Origin: Vicugna vicugna
Taxonomy: Eukaryota
DNA: 64,000 nucleotides
Assembly (NCBI GenBank): GCA_013265495.1
Contig: MU063892.1
Coordinates: 4,559,308 to 4,623,307 of the forward strand
Direction of reading: 5' to 3'
Positions 51,118 through 63,823 of this stretch are shown in pieces; within the stretch, counting starts at the first letter, position 1, and the number at the start of each line of letters is the position of its first letter. Made by a program: the position numbers and the translations under genes. The notes below the pieces were generated by a model. It was given only the letters and a program-made list of their open reading frames with translations. It was not told where the DNA came from and searched no databases.

Positions 51118-52245
51118 AAATGAGTATCTGTCTCCTTTACTCTGAGGCTTAGCCCTGGAAAGTGTGGACCCTAACCTCTGCATGCCATGAGTCCTGGTCC
51201 CTTCAGTCTTTCCCCTTCCTCCTCAGGCTCAATGTTTATACATAATTGATTACATACTTTTCCTACTTGACCTTCCCTCCCGTTTGTGAGCTCCTGGACA
51301 TTTAGGATCATTGCTGACCTCTTTTTCTCCCTAGCTTGTACCTCCTGGCAGCAGGACCTGGCACACAGGAGGTGGAGATTTGAGATGGATGGTTAAGAAA
51401 CTCAAGAAGGCCATTTGTTATAGTTCTGGCTGTGGACTCCACTGGGCAAATGGGCTGGCATTCCTGTGGTACATCTCCATCCAGGAGAGGGTGTGGGACC
51501 ACGAAGAGGAGAGTTATGAATATGAAGACTGTGAGTCATTGCTGCCTGTTTGGCAACTACAGGTCAAGTGCATCAGCCACCTGGTCTGCGATTGTTGCCT
51601 CTGAGTGAGGCCACCTGGCTGTTCCCTAAGTACCTGTTTGTGTTGGGCTGAACTTGGCCTCTCATTGTTTTAATCTTCACTCTGTGAGGCATCTAGACAT
51701 GTTCTCTAAATGCAAAACCCCTTGTCTGGCTAGCTACTTCAGTCCAGAAGGGAACCCTGCTCAAGGGGAGCCCCCACAAGTCTTCCCCGCCACGCACATT
51801 GTGTGTGCACATGTGCCCCTGGGCAGTAAATCAGTGGCTTGGCTTGTGCAAGAAAGGCAGGACGTGCATTTCAGGCACAGATTCCTAAAATAAGTAGTTT
51901 GAAGCTGGTGGCAGGGCAGGGTCTAGTATCCAAGGGGTCCAGGGCAAAGGAAGTCATGAGAGCTGACAGGAGGAGGAGAAGCCCCAGACCCCAAAGGGAA
52001 TTTGGTCAAAGATCAGAGAAGAGGGGCAGCTCCAACAGGAGGCTCTGCCTTGGGAGATTAGGAAGATGAGTTCAGAGGGTGTTCAAGATGAGCTGAGAGG
52101 ATGGTGAGCTGTGGCTGGAGAGGGGCCAGGGCTTAGACTGAACTTGCCAGTGTTGAGAACTGAGAACCTGAGTGGTGGTCATCTTACTCCAGTTGGCACA
52201 CTCCATGCTAAGGATGGGACCTCAGAGCTGCAGACCACATTGGGC

Positions 52246-52247
<2 letters not shown>

Positions 52248-52285
<38 letters not shown>
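52248..52285. repeat. (GT)19 microsatellite
   Basis: Read directly. Confidence 0.95.
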
Positions 52286-52287
<2 letters not shown>

Positions 52288-52599
52288 GTGTGTGTAGGTG
52301 GTGTGTCCTTCTCTTTGAATTTCTATACTTTTAAGAGCCTGAAGGGCTCTTAAAGCCCTTGGCTTATCCAGTTAGATTTCTTTAATGAAGAAGCAGAAAG
52401 GTGCTACAATGGGCACAGGAGCCTTTTAGCAGCAAACCCAGGATTAGATCCAAACACTTAGGCTACTGGACCAGTGTTCTTTCTACTCCTCTGTCCATGT
52501 TGTGTGGATGAATGTCTTACTCTGGTTTGGGGGTACAGTCCCATATCCCCAGCCTGGGGGCCTAACTTGAATGCTACCTTGGATGTGAATAGAGGTTAT

Positions 52600-53200
52600 T
52601 CTAATGAAAAACCAATTGGTTTTCAAAGAAAGTCTGTCCTTTGTTAACAGTATTGTTTCAGGGTTAATTTCTTAGTTTTGATAAACGTACTGTGGTTCAT
52701 GATGGTTAGGTTTATGTCTCAACTTGGCTGGACCACGGGGTGCCTGGATATTCAGTCAAACATTATTCTGGATGTTTGTTAGGGTGTTTTTGGATGAAAG
52801 TACATTTAAATTCCTAGACTAAGTAAAGCAGATTGTCCTCCTGAATGTGAATGGGCCTCATTCAGTCTGTTGAAGGCCTGAATAGAAGTCTCCCCAAGCA
52901 AGAGAATCCTCCTGCCCGCTGGCCTTTGGACTGAGGATCTGCTCTTCCTGGTTCAAAAGCAGCCTGCAGCCTTGAAATTTAAACTGGGCCACTGGCTCTG
53001 CAGATTTTGGACTTGCCAGCATTAGTAATCACATGAGAGAATTCTTTATAATAAGTCTCTTTATATATAAATATGAGATTATCTCATATAAGATGTTAAC
53101 ATTAGGGGGAGCTGGGTGAAGGGTACAGAAATTCCCCATACTATCTTTGCAACTCTTCTCTAAATTATTCCAGAATAAAAGGCTACAAAAAAAAAAAAAG
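52600..53200 (+). mobile_element. Old L1 (L1MC/MB-type) 3' end split by the MLT2
   Basis: gttaatttcttagttttgataaacgtactgtgg, resuming aagatgttaacattaggggg...tatctttgcaactcttctctaaa and an A-tail. Confidence 0.75.
52699..53085 (+). mobile_element. MLT2 (ERVL) LTR, 3'-truncated, inside an old L1 3' end
   Basis: tgatggtt...caacttggctggaccacggggtgcc...gtcaaacattattctgg...taagtaaagcagattg...gttgaaggcctgaataga. Confidence 0.85.
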
Positions 53201-53769
53201 TCAAGCCAGAATCCCAGTATTCTAGATGATCATAATTCCCCAATAAAGGGACTTCAAAGTCCTGAGAGGGCAAAGGAATAAATACAGTGCTAAACAATGT
53301 GCTCTAACCAGATCTTCCAGATCCCAGACTAGTGGCCTCAGTTTTCTCCTATGTGCTGTTAGTTTCTATCCAGATCATTAGGAATAGTATATGCTGTTTT
53401 TCTTATTTCATCCCTTCACCCTGGCACCGTGAAGCTGTGAGATTTATGAGGACAGAGGTGGTGTTTTATTTCTCTCCAGCCCCTAGCATGAGGCCCACAC
53501 ACCAGAGGCTTTCACTGAAGATATGTTTTCTTCACTTAGCCAATTTGAAAAAAAAGTGCAAAAGAATAACAAGAATGACTTCATCTCTGTCTGTATAAAA
53601 TATACTGGGATATTTTCTTTTTATTTTTTATTGAGAGTCAAATGTGTGATGAGCCTTTTGCTGGATATGAGGGAAAGAGGAGTTACTAAGAGCAGAAACG
53701 TGCAATCCCTGTGTTCAAGAAGTCGACAGTCCCGCGGGAGGCCAGAAAGTAAGAAAATAATAGTAACCA

Positions 53770-53990
53770 AACAACTGTTTTTATTGAGCATTTACTATGT
53801 GCTAGATACAATACAGGACTGTCTGTATATTATTGCATATCATCCTTAAATAAGGCATTGATTTTGGAACTAAATTCAAGACTCTCTGAAGTTAAGTCTC
53901 TGGCCCAAGGATGTCGTGCCAATTAAGGGGCAGAACTGGGGTTTGAGCTCACGACTAGCCTCCAGCAAAGCCTCAGCTTTTTCCTAACGT
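53770..53990 (-). mobile_element. MIR
   Basis: tttattgagcatttactatgtgctag...gttaagtctctggcccaagg. Confidence 0.7.
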
Positions 53991-55479
53991 GTTATACAAT
54001 ATTTCTGAGTTAGTTCTACTTTTTCACACATCTGTCTTTTTCTGAGAGAGGGGGAACCTAAAAGGAAGGGTCCCAATCGTGTTTATCTTTGATCCTTCAA
54101 ATCTTAACACAGCTGGACACAGAGCAAAAAAAGTACATGCTTGTTGAGTTGAATTAAGGAAATAAAACTTTGAGAAATGCTAAGGGGCAGAGAGAATCGC
54201 TTCCTGGGAATGTTCTTCTTCTTTTTTTTTAATAGCAGGAAATATCTCAGAGAGATGATCAGTTCTTTTCTTGAATGATCCCCCTGTGTACTTAAAGTAA
54301 TGAATTGCTATCAGTCTGAAGAAAAATATTGTGATAAAATATTGAGGCCTGATAATGTGCTGCGGTTTGGACCAATGTGCCGTCTCAAATGGGGCCAAGA
54401 GCTGGCCATGGCCTCCAGGGCCCTTTCATATATCAGCCGAAAGGGGAGCAATGGATAAAGGCCTGAAAGCAAACTTAATGCAAGCGCTGCTTGGGGACAT
54501 GGGGGATTGTTAAGGACCCCCGGGGCCTGTAAAACTATCATCATCCAGCCATAGGGCAGTGCCATTGATCTACCATGAGAAAGAAATGTCAGTATATCTT
54601 GTGGGCAAATGGACAGACGTGTTTGGGGTTGGAGGGGCATGATCTTGGACGGTGTATTTGTAAAGTGACAAGAAAATGGCTCCACCGTTAAGAAACCTGG
54701 ATTCTGTTCCTGTTGGCAATAATATATGACCCGAGAGGTTGTCATCCAGCCTCTCAGGGTTTCTGGTTTCCTATCTGTAAATTGAGCATTGTAATAGCAT
54801 CCTCATCTGCATCGTAAACAGTGCTTTGTGAGACTGAAATGAGGTAATATGCATACAAATGATGGCAAATGTACAAAATGCTGTTCAAGTGTTTTACAGC
54901 ACAGTGGAGTGTGAATTAAGGTAGCATAGCAAGAAGGGCACAGGTGTTAAGGAGTTTCAGTTCATATTTCTATTACTGCATTGCACAACCCAACAAAGGA
55001 AACTTACCTGAATTAAGTAACCGAAGTTACTTAAGTCTGATTGCGTTTCAGTTTCCTCATCTGTAAAAATGGGATAAATGCGTATCCTGTCAATTACTAA
55101 GAAGATTAGAAATGCTAAGAAAATTGGCTTGGCACTGGCTCAAACAGCCAAAATATATTCTGTGAGCTTTGTTTTGGTGTATCTGCCTCCCCCATTAGAC
55201 CGTGAGCTTTCTGAGGGCAGAAAAGATATATTTATCTTTGCAGCCGAGTCTATCTTGTTGCTTGACAATTGATAAATAAATAAATAAGTTACTTATAAAA
55301 CAAACTTAGTATACTACCAGGATCAACTAGGAATCAGAGAATGAAAATGATTATTAATTTGTCTTTAAATTTCAATTCCATTTACACCTTTATCTTGTCC
55401 TAAACCTTAAATATATTTCTTTCTACTTAACCTCCTAAAATAAATGTAGTTGGAATGTTAATCCTTGGAAATGCTCATT

Positions 55480-56000
55480 TAAATATTTATTAAACCAATA
55501 AATATTTATGGCAGGCTCACCCACTGTGTCACTGAGCTAAATGGTGGAAAACTACACCCAGTCCTTGGCCTGACTGGAAAGATAATAGATATTTCCAATA
55601 AATAGGAGGTTAGGGGATGGAAAGATTTGAATTGTCCAGGTTGGCTTCCCAGAGAAACATGGATCCCCCAGCTGAGATCTGAAGGAAAAGCTGGGGACAG
55701 AAGTAGGCAAAGCAGAAATAGTACCTAGATATTCAGGGAAATGCAAGATGTTCTGGATGATTGAGTGAAGGTTGATGGCAGAAGGTGAGGGAAGATGGGA
55801 AGAAGAAAGTGAGGAGAGTGGTTGGTCCAGGGACCAATCATGAAGAACCTCACCGATTATACTCAGAGATCCTGTCTTTTTTTCCTGAAAGCACTTGGAA
55901 GCCATGAAAGGATTTTAAGGAGGAGAGAGAATGACTGGACTTCCATTCTAGAACCATTGTTCTGGCTCAGCGTGGAAGGTGGACAGAAAGGGAAAGCAAG
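55480..56000 (-). mobile_element. L2 LINE 3' portion
   Basis: tatttattaaacc...gagctgagatctgaagg-like...tggaagccatgaaaggattttaagg. Confidence 0.7.
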
Positions 56001-57254
56001 GTCACTGTCATAGATTCCGCCGAACCCAGTCTTCTCTGTGAGATCCTATGCCTAAGCTTATGGAATTAAACCAAATTAGAAATCCCCCAACACAATCCAG
56101 ACAATGATGGGCCATTCACACCTTCTCATGTGTTCAAGGTTACTAGGGTCTTAGTCCTGTGTCCTCACATCCTGTGGTTTGTCCAGCTCCTAAGGAGACA
56201 GGCATGGCTCCACCACCACCTTTGCTGATCAGTCTTCCTTTCCAAAGACATAAACAAGATGCCAGACCTTGGGCAGAGCTGTGGTAAAGGAGAGCAAGGG
56301 GGAGATGTGTGTGGGCTCATTTGTTATCTGAGACTCACCCTTCAAATTACACAGGACAAAAAGACTTATGCCGAAGTGCTCAAGGGCTGTCAGGAAATCC
56401 AACCTTTATGACTTGGACATTCCTAGAAGAGAGAAATGCCCTTTTGGAGATGGTCATATATGTGCCTGGTCACATGCTGGGTGCATTCTGTTTCAACAGT
56501 CTCATAAAGTGCCTAAGAGCATGGGCTTTGGGGCCAGAGAGACCTAAATCAAAGGCAAGCATTGCTAACTGCGCCATCTTGGGCAGGTCCCTTACCTTAG
56601 CCCATAGGGTTGTAAGAATCAAAGGAGACTGTGTGAAAGTGCTTGGTACCTAATCAGTGCACCATTCACATGGTTGTGCTGGTGACTGCATTTGAGAGGG
56701 TTGTAGTGGTGGTGATGGTAGTGGCCCCACAGCTTGGTGACGAGCAGCGCCAGCCCCAAAGCCAGCATATCCCCAGGTCTGCCATTCACAAAATGTGATC
56801 TGGAGCAAGTTGCTTGAAGATTCTTTCTTGGCTTTTCACCTGTAAAAGGGGGATAATGATCATACACACCTTGAAGGGTTGATATGAAGATTAAATGTAA
56901 AGAGTCACAATTGTACCATGTGAAGATAGTTCTTGGAACATGATAAACATAAATGTCAAATAAATGTACAAGCTAATTAGTGCTCAAAACGATAAGGTAG
57001 GGCATGAATATCCCCAGATAGAGGAAGAATTGCTCCCGTATCTTGCAGATGACGACACAGAAACAGAGAGGTAATTTTAGTGCCCGTGTCACTGTCACCA
57101 GTCAGTAAAGGGTGGAAATGAAATTTGAATCCTGTTCTCCCTGAGGGCAAGATGGTACTTTAGACTGTATGACTGGAAGCTTTATTCTTTTTCTGGCTCA
57201 TCCCGAAATCTAAGAACATGCTTCTAGAGTAATGGGTATCTCTTAAAAATCTCA

Positions 57255-57470
57255 CATTTACTGAGTATCTTCTATTTGCTAGACCACGTATTATGTTATT
57301 TAATTCTTAAAACAATCCTATGAGCTAGGCAGTATTATTTCCATGTTTAAGATGAAGACATTGAGGCTCAGATGTTAAGTTACTCACCCAAGATCACACA
57401 GCAATTGTGAAATAGCAGGGATAGGACTCAAATTCAGGGATATGAAACTCTAAAACCCATTCTCTTTCTC
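57255..57470 (-). mobile_element. MIR
   Basis: tttaattcttaaaacaatcctatgag...cattgaggctcagatgttaagttactcacccaagatcacacagc. Confidence 0.8.
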
Positions 57471-59149
57471 AGCCTCAGTCCTCCAACGTAGTGAACAGTG
57501 GGATACCCTTCTTGGAATTCAGTATAGGATCTGTTTTATATGAAGTATAATATCTAGAAGTGTATGTTCAAGCAGCACAGGCGTGAAGATTGCTAAGGGA
57601 AATACCTTTAATTAACACCTTTTGTAATTATTCTGAACAACAACGTAGCGGGGCATTATCCCCTGAACTTCTTTATAAATGAGAAAAACAAAATCTCAGA
57701 ATTCAAGTAACTTCCCCAAGTTTGCACAGCTAGAACAGGAAAAGAACTGGAACACGCATGCATAACAGCCTGACTCTAGAAAACCAAACATTTCTCCAAC
57801 AGCCACCGTATATGGGGGTGCATATAAATGTCAGCAGAAAATAATGAAACAACCACTGTGTGTCTGCATCATGCCTCAGCCTGCGGAGCTAAATGAATTC
57901 CAAAGCCATTTTTTTTATAAGGCCATTGCTTAGGTGTTTACCAGCCTCTAACTTCATTACGCTCTGAGGCTTACTTGGAGTATTGCCTTCCTCATAGGGT
58001 CGTCTTAACGGCACACTCAGCTCTGTTAATTGCAGAGTGTTTTGTGTGCATTAGCTGCAGCTGGCATTGCTTTTGATGGGTACTCCAGGGCCCTTTATGG
58101 GGCTTGGAAGAAAACTTGCAGAAGACTGGCACCTCTGAGGCTGTTGAGAAAAGAAATGGGGCTTCTTTCATCTAAGGCATCAAGGCACCTCTTTGGAGCG
58201 ATAGCTTCTAATTTGTGGAAAGGGGCTGATACTGGGCAGGTATGCAATGGCATACTGTGGCGGCTGTTAAAATATTTAAGTGCATCTAGACCACATCCTA
58301 AATATCTGCTTCCTGAGTCCCAGGTGCCTCTGGTGACCCCAGTCCCTCTGCTGGGATTCCTCAGATATCCCCTTGATTCAGAAAATAGAGGACTAACACT
58401 TGATTAAACAGAAGCCTCCAGGACCCCACCATGTTCAAACTGGTTGATTGGCCGTGCTTTCTCTTTACCCACTGTCAAGTCTTTAACTGTTACCTCTGCC
58501 TGAAGGCATCATTTAGCTAGAGGACAGACCAGTCCAGAATATTCACAGACCGTCCACAATATCCTCTCGGTATTGTTTTTTGTCTTGTCTGACATCTTGC
58601 ACAGATTCATCTGGATTCCAGCATAATTGGTATGTTCCACCTATTGCATTTCAGTGGTGGTATTTTAGTTGAGGCTGAATTTTCCTTGGCTTTTTTTTTT
58701 TCTTAATAAAATTCAGGAGTGATCTTTGCCAATAAGTAATAGCTTCAAAAGGGTTGCCATCTCCTGTTAGCTGGGTTCTGTTTTCATCCGGTTTTCCTCC
58801 TGCCTTGTGAAATGAATATTCTGGTTTAATTGCTTAAGTGCTCTTGTTTCTAATCCAGACTTGGCTTGGCTTGCCTGTCTCATACACATGAGACAGAATC
58901 GCCTGGCTTCTCTGCGGGGAGGGACTGCCTTGTGCCCACCTTCGCTCGGGCTCTGAGATCGTGAGGTCTCAGAGACAGCTAGTCTTACTCATTCCTGCAG
59001 CCCTGAGCTGAGAGGAGTGAAGAGCATGTAATGAGAAGGAACTAGGAGGGGAGCTCAGAGTAAGTGTGGGCAATTTGTTTTAAAGGAGCTGGAATTAGCT
59101 CTTGTCTCTCTGAATGCCCATAAAAAAACCCTGCCCTCCTTATTAGCAC

Positions 59150-59640
59150 GTTTAACTCTTAGTTAGTCTGCAGCAAAAGAAGCCCTAAGGAAAACCTGCT
59201 TCCATGTGAGATGGAGGTGTACTTGTCTCTTGGTAAAAGTTCAGAGGTAGGAATCCAGGGCTGAGTGGTAGGTCACTCTTTACTCCAGGAATGCCTGGAG
59301 ATACAGGCTCCTGCCAGCCTTCTGTTCCTCTGTCCCTGAGATCTAGCTCTCATTAGTGTGCTCCCAGATGGTACTGTGGCCCTCGCGTCCACACTGCCAG
59401 CAGTACAATGGAGGCAGTGGAAGGAAAGCAGAACGTAAAATCAGTTGTTTCCCCAGGAGGCGCTGCTGTGAGTTACCTCCACATGCATCCTGTTAGCCAC
59501 AAAAGAATCTAATGGCCACTCCAGCTTCAAGGAAGGCTGGGAAACGTGATATTTATTCTGGGAAGCCATAAACTGAAGTGTCTTATTTCTATAGAAGAAA
59601 GAAAGAACAGCCATTGAGGCCTACCCTCAGTCTGTTTGTC
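59150..59640 (-). mobile_element. Old MLT1 (I/J/K-like) LTR
   Basis: ccaggctcctgccagcc...atggccactccagcttcaaggaaggctgggaaacgtg. Confidence 0.6.
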
Positions 59641-59799
59641 CTGATGTTGTATCAAACACCTGGCTGTGTGTGTCTGTCTCCACCGTTAGAACTTTAAGAA
59701 GAAGGTGATGACTATAGCTACTTCATTGTTGTATGCCCACCACCTGGCACCAGATTTCATCTGTAAGGTGCTCTCTAGAAATCTTTAAAAAGCACCTGC

Positions 59800-60370
59800 A
59801 TCCAATGGTGTCCTTCCACCACTTAACTCCTACAAAGCCTTCCCATTGACCTTGGCTCCAAATTCAAGCTGATTATCATGGCCTCTAAGGTTCTACCTCT
59901 CTAAATTCACATGCATTATACCCACTTCTCACCCATTATTATCATGGTTCAGCCACACCAGCATTCTTTCCGTCCCTGCAGCTCACCGAGCTGTGTTTCT
60001 TCTCAGGCCCTTTGTGCATGCGTTTCCTGTGCCTGCCATGCTCTCCCGTGGCCGATGTTCATTTAGCCGCCTTCTCTTCCCTGAGATCTCAGCTCAGATC
60101 TGCCTCTTGGTATTTCCCTAACACTGCCCAACCACACATGGCCTGTCTTATCATCACTCTCATGCCGTAAGAGATAGGGTCTACATAGCCTTTCTCACTG
60201 TCTGAAATTGTGTGTACATAGGTATTGATTTGCTTATTGGCTCTTTGCCTCCCAAATTAGAATATAAGCTCCAGGTAGGCAGAGATCTTGCCTGTTTTGT
60301 CATTCATAGTATCCTAGACACCTAAAACAGTGTCTGGTACCTAGCACACTGTCAGAAAGCATCAGTGGCC
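59800..60370 (+). mobile_element. L2 LINE 3' portion
   Basis: caaagccttcccattg...caggccctttgtgcatg...aatataagctccaggtaggcagagatcttgcctgttt...aaaacagtgtctggtac. Confidence 0.75.
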
Positions 60371-60699
60371 TCAATTGTTCTGTTAGCAAAATAGCAAGTT
60401 TTTATCTTTAGAAGTTAAGTTCCGTTCTTTTTTTTGTTGTTGTTTTTAACCCTATTACCCCACAAAGTTGCAAAGTAAAATCTAGAAAGTCAGCTTATGT
60501 GAATTCACACGCTTCTTGCCCACTGCCTCTCCCAGGTTAGGAATCTGTCTTCAAGAACTCTCCCATGTGGTGGGAGGGAAGTCTCCATTTTAGAGATCAA
60601 CCCCCGACCTGTTCCAGGATGCTGTAGCCTTGACAGGCCAGCCTCCTCATCCTCATTCTCAAGCCATATCTACATTGTCATGAAATAAGTAGGATCAGA

Positions 60700-61200
60700 G
60701 GTATAGGCAGATGGTCCCAAGAGTGAAGATTAAACATCAGTTGGAATGATGCAGCTTAGAAAAGAGAGGCTCAGGGAGATAGAAACCAGCATGTGTTGAC
60801 CAGACCCCTTACCAGACACCCCAGCAAGTTGATGCCCTGTTTTAGAGATGGTGAAACAAAAGCTCAGAGGAGAGGCAGGCAACCTGGCCGATGTGTTTGA
60901 GAGATAGAGTAAACTGGGGGGGAGGAGTGGGGGATGAGGTCTCAGAGGCCACAGCAGGGAAGGGTGAGAGGGTGCGGACACAGTAGTAATTAGACTGAGA
61001 CAGTAGCCCAGTGAGCCATGGATGAGGGAAGGAGAAATGAGCATGAAGAAGAAAATAAATTCTTGCAGCAATAGCAAAGGAGAATCAGAGCCTTAGGAAG
61101 CAGTCCAGTGGAGGGGAGGGACGAGTGGACAGCTGTGAAATAGGAGCGAAGGTCAAGGACGATTCCCCAAAAATGTCTGCCCTGGGAGTTTGCACAGGGA
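60700..61200 (-). mobile_element. L2 LINE remnant
   Basis: Purine-rich, diverged; gtgagagggtgcggacacagtag...gaaggtcaaggacgattccc. Confidence 0.5.
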
Positions 61201-62814
61201 ACTTAAGTCTTTATCATGCATACAAAGAACTCAGTAAATATTAATTGAATCAAATCCAATTTTCTCCCTTCTCTGCCCTTCTACTGAGCTTTCACTTTGT
61301 TCCAGACTAAATGTATGGTTCTCTGATGCCCAATCTTGGATGACATCCCCTCTTTGTCAACCCCAGACTTGCTGAATGAAACCTGACATCTTTCTCAGCC
61401 CACAGCATGACCAGCGCTGAAGTCAGGGCTAAATCGCGAGGCATCAGCCAGCATTGGAGCCTGAGGCTAGGTTATTCTGAGCCCAGATCCACAGTCTTAA
61501 GATGTGTACCTTCTCCTGACTGCTCAACAGCTACTTCTTCATACCCAGCATCTCCCGAAAAACTCCAAACACACAGCCTTGCTAGTAAGATCCCTGGGGC
61601 CAGGCCAGGAGTAATAAAGGCTGAATGCCAACCAAGTGGGTTATCCCAGTGGTGCCCACCTGGTGCCATGAAGCTGTTCTGGCTGTCCTCACCTCTGTTT
61701 TATTGTCACCCCCTTTGGAACTCATCACGAATCCCCATTAGCTCTAGCTCTTGGGTCCAACCTTTCATGCACGGCCAGCAAAGTGGACACCCTGGACCTC
61801 CAACAAGCATGCTTCCCAGTCCATCCCACTGGCCTCCATTAATATNNNNNNNNNNNNNNNNNNNNNNNNNNNNNNNNNNNNNNNNNNNNNNNNNNNNNNN
61901 NNNNNNNNNNNNNNNNNNNNNNNNNNNNNNNNNNNNNNNNNNNNNNNNNNNNNNNNNNNNNNNNNNNNNNNNNNNNNNNNNNNNNNNNNNNNNNNNNNNN
62001 NNNNNNNNNNNNNNNNNNNNNNNNNNNNNNNNNNNNNNNNNNNNNNNNNNNNNNNNNNNNNNNNNNNNNNNNNNNNNNNNNNNNNNNNNNNNNNNNNNNN
62101 NNNNNNNNNNNNNNNNNNNNNNNNNNNNNNNNNNNNNNNNNNNNNNNNNNNNNNNNNNNNNTTAGTCAGCAAAGGGCTGTTCAGATCAGATGGTGGGAAA
62201 AAGTACTATTTTGTCTCCCAAAGGTGCTGTAGACTTTATTTCCCTGGATTTCGGAGAGATCCCTACAGAATACTCCAAGACACTGCAGAGAGCCAGTGTC
62301 TAGGGAGTGATGTGCCTCGTGGTTGGAGTAAGAGGGCTTGCTTTCTCGGGGTCCCCTGGAAATAGTCTCAGTGCCTCTGCTTGGGGTTTACTTCCCGCAG
62401 GGTCAACTCCACGGTGTCAACACCCTTAATTCAAAGCAAACTGTCTGCCAAAGTCAGGAATTCTAGCTAGGCGCTCCAGGATTCTGTCTATGTCCCCTTC
62501 CAGAAGCCTAATGCCACAGCTACATCGGCCAGTGGCTTTTTCTTCTTTCCGGTGTGTGTGGGGCTTCCACCTCTGCACACCGGTGATCATGAAGCCCTTT
62601 CTCTTGGGAATGCCTTCCTAGTGTCTGTTCATTAAATCCCATCAGGTCCAGCTCAGGTCTCATCTGCATCACAAAACCTTCTCTCTCCCAAACAAACATT
62701 CTAGTTTCCAGGTCCTATCCAACCCCAAGGTTCGGCCCCTTTCTCTTTACCTATAAATGGTGGATCCAACTGAAGGTGAAGAGGCTCAGGTGAGAAATTC
62801 CAGAATTACAGGCA

Positions 62815-63040
62815 GTGAGTCTAGCAGAAAGAATACAGCCTTTGGATCCAGACAGATGTGGATTCTAATTTTGGTTCTGCCACTTAATGGCTGTGTAGTC
62901 TTAGGTAATTTGCTCCCCCTCTCTGTGCCTAAATTTCTTCATTTGTGAAATAGAACTAATAATACAGATAAGATGTGCTGACTTCTTGTAAAGATGATGG
63001 AAAATGTATGAAAAGCACATAGTACATCGTAGGTGCTTTA
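62815..63040 (+). mobile_element. MIR
   Basis: gcctttggatccagacag...ctgccactt...ctctgtgcctaaatttcttcatttgtgaaat. Confidence 0.75.
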
Positions 63041-63054
63041 AAATGGCCATCATT

Positions 63055-63815
63055 GAATGTAGTTTGGTGCAGCCATTATGGAAAACAGTATGGAGATTTC
63101 TTAAAAATTCAAAATAGACTTACCATATGGATTATCAATACTACTCCTGGACATAAATCCAGAGGAAGCTCTAATTTGAAAATATACATGCACCCCAATG
63201 TTNNNNNNNNNNNNNNNNNNNNNNNNNNNNNNNNNNNNNNNNNNNNNNNNNNNNNNNNNNNNNNNNNNNNNNNNNNNNNNNNNNNNNNNNNNNNNNNNNN
63301 NNNNNNNNNNNNNNNNNNNNNNNNNNNNNNNNNNNNNNNNNNNNNNNNNNNNNNNNNNNNNNNNNNNNNNNNNNNNNNNNNNNNNNNNNNNNACGTGGAT
63401 GGGCCTGGAGATTATCATTCTAAGTGAAGTAAGCCAGAAAGAGAAAGAAAAATAGCATATGATATCACTTATATGTGAAATCTTAAAAAAGAGACAACTT
63501 ATCAAAACAGAAACAGACTCAGACATAGAAAACAAATTTGTGATTACCAGTGGTGAAAGAAGGGGGTTTGGAGGGATAAATTGGGAGTTCGAGATTTGTA
63601 AATACTAATGACTATATAAAAAATAGATATACAACAACTTTCTTCTGTATCGCACAGGAAACTATATTCAGTATCTTGCAGTAACCTATAATGAAAAAGC
63701 ATATGAAAGCAAATATTTGTACGTACATGGATGACTGAAACATTATGCTCTACACCAGAAATTGATGTAACATTGTAAAATGACTACTTCAGTCAAAATA
63801 AATAAATAAAGTGAA
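63055..63815 (+). mobile_element. 5'-truncated LINE-1 (ORF2 end and 3' UTR), cetartiodactyl/camelid type
   Basis: cagccattatggaaaacagtatggag...; reads TWMGLEIIILSEVSQKEKEK; A-rich tail. Confidence 0.9.
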
Positions 63816-63823
63816 ATAAAATA

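Noticed and set aside
58875-58974. Two hairpins (9-bp stem 58875-96; 10-bp stem with GUGA tetraloop 58951-74)
   Set aside because: Stems of this size occur a few times per 60 kb by chance, and there is no covariation evidence.
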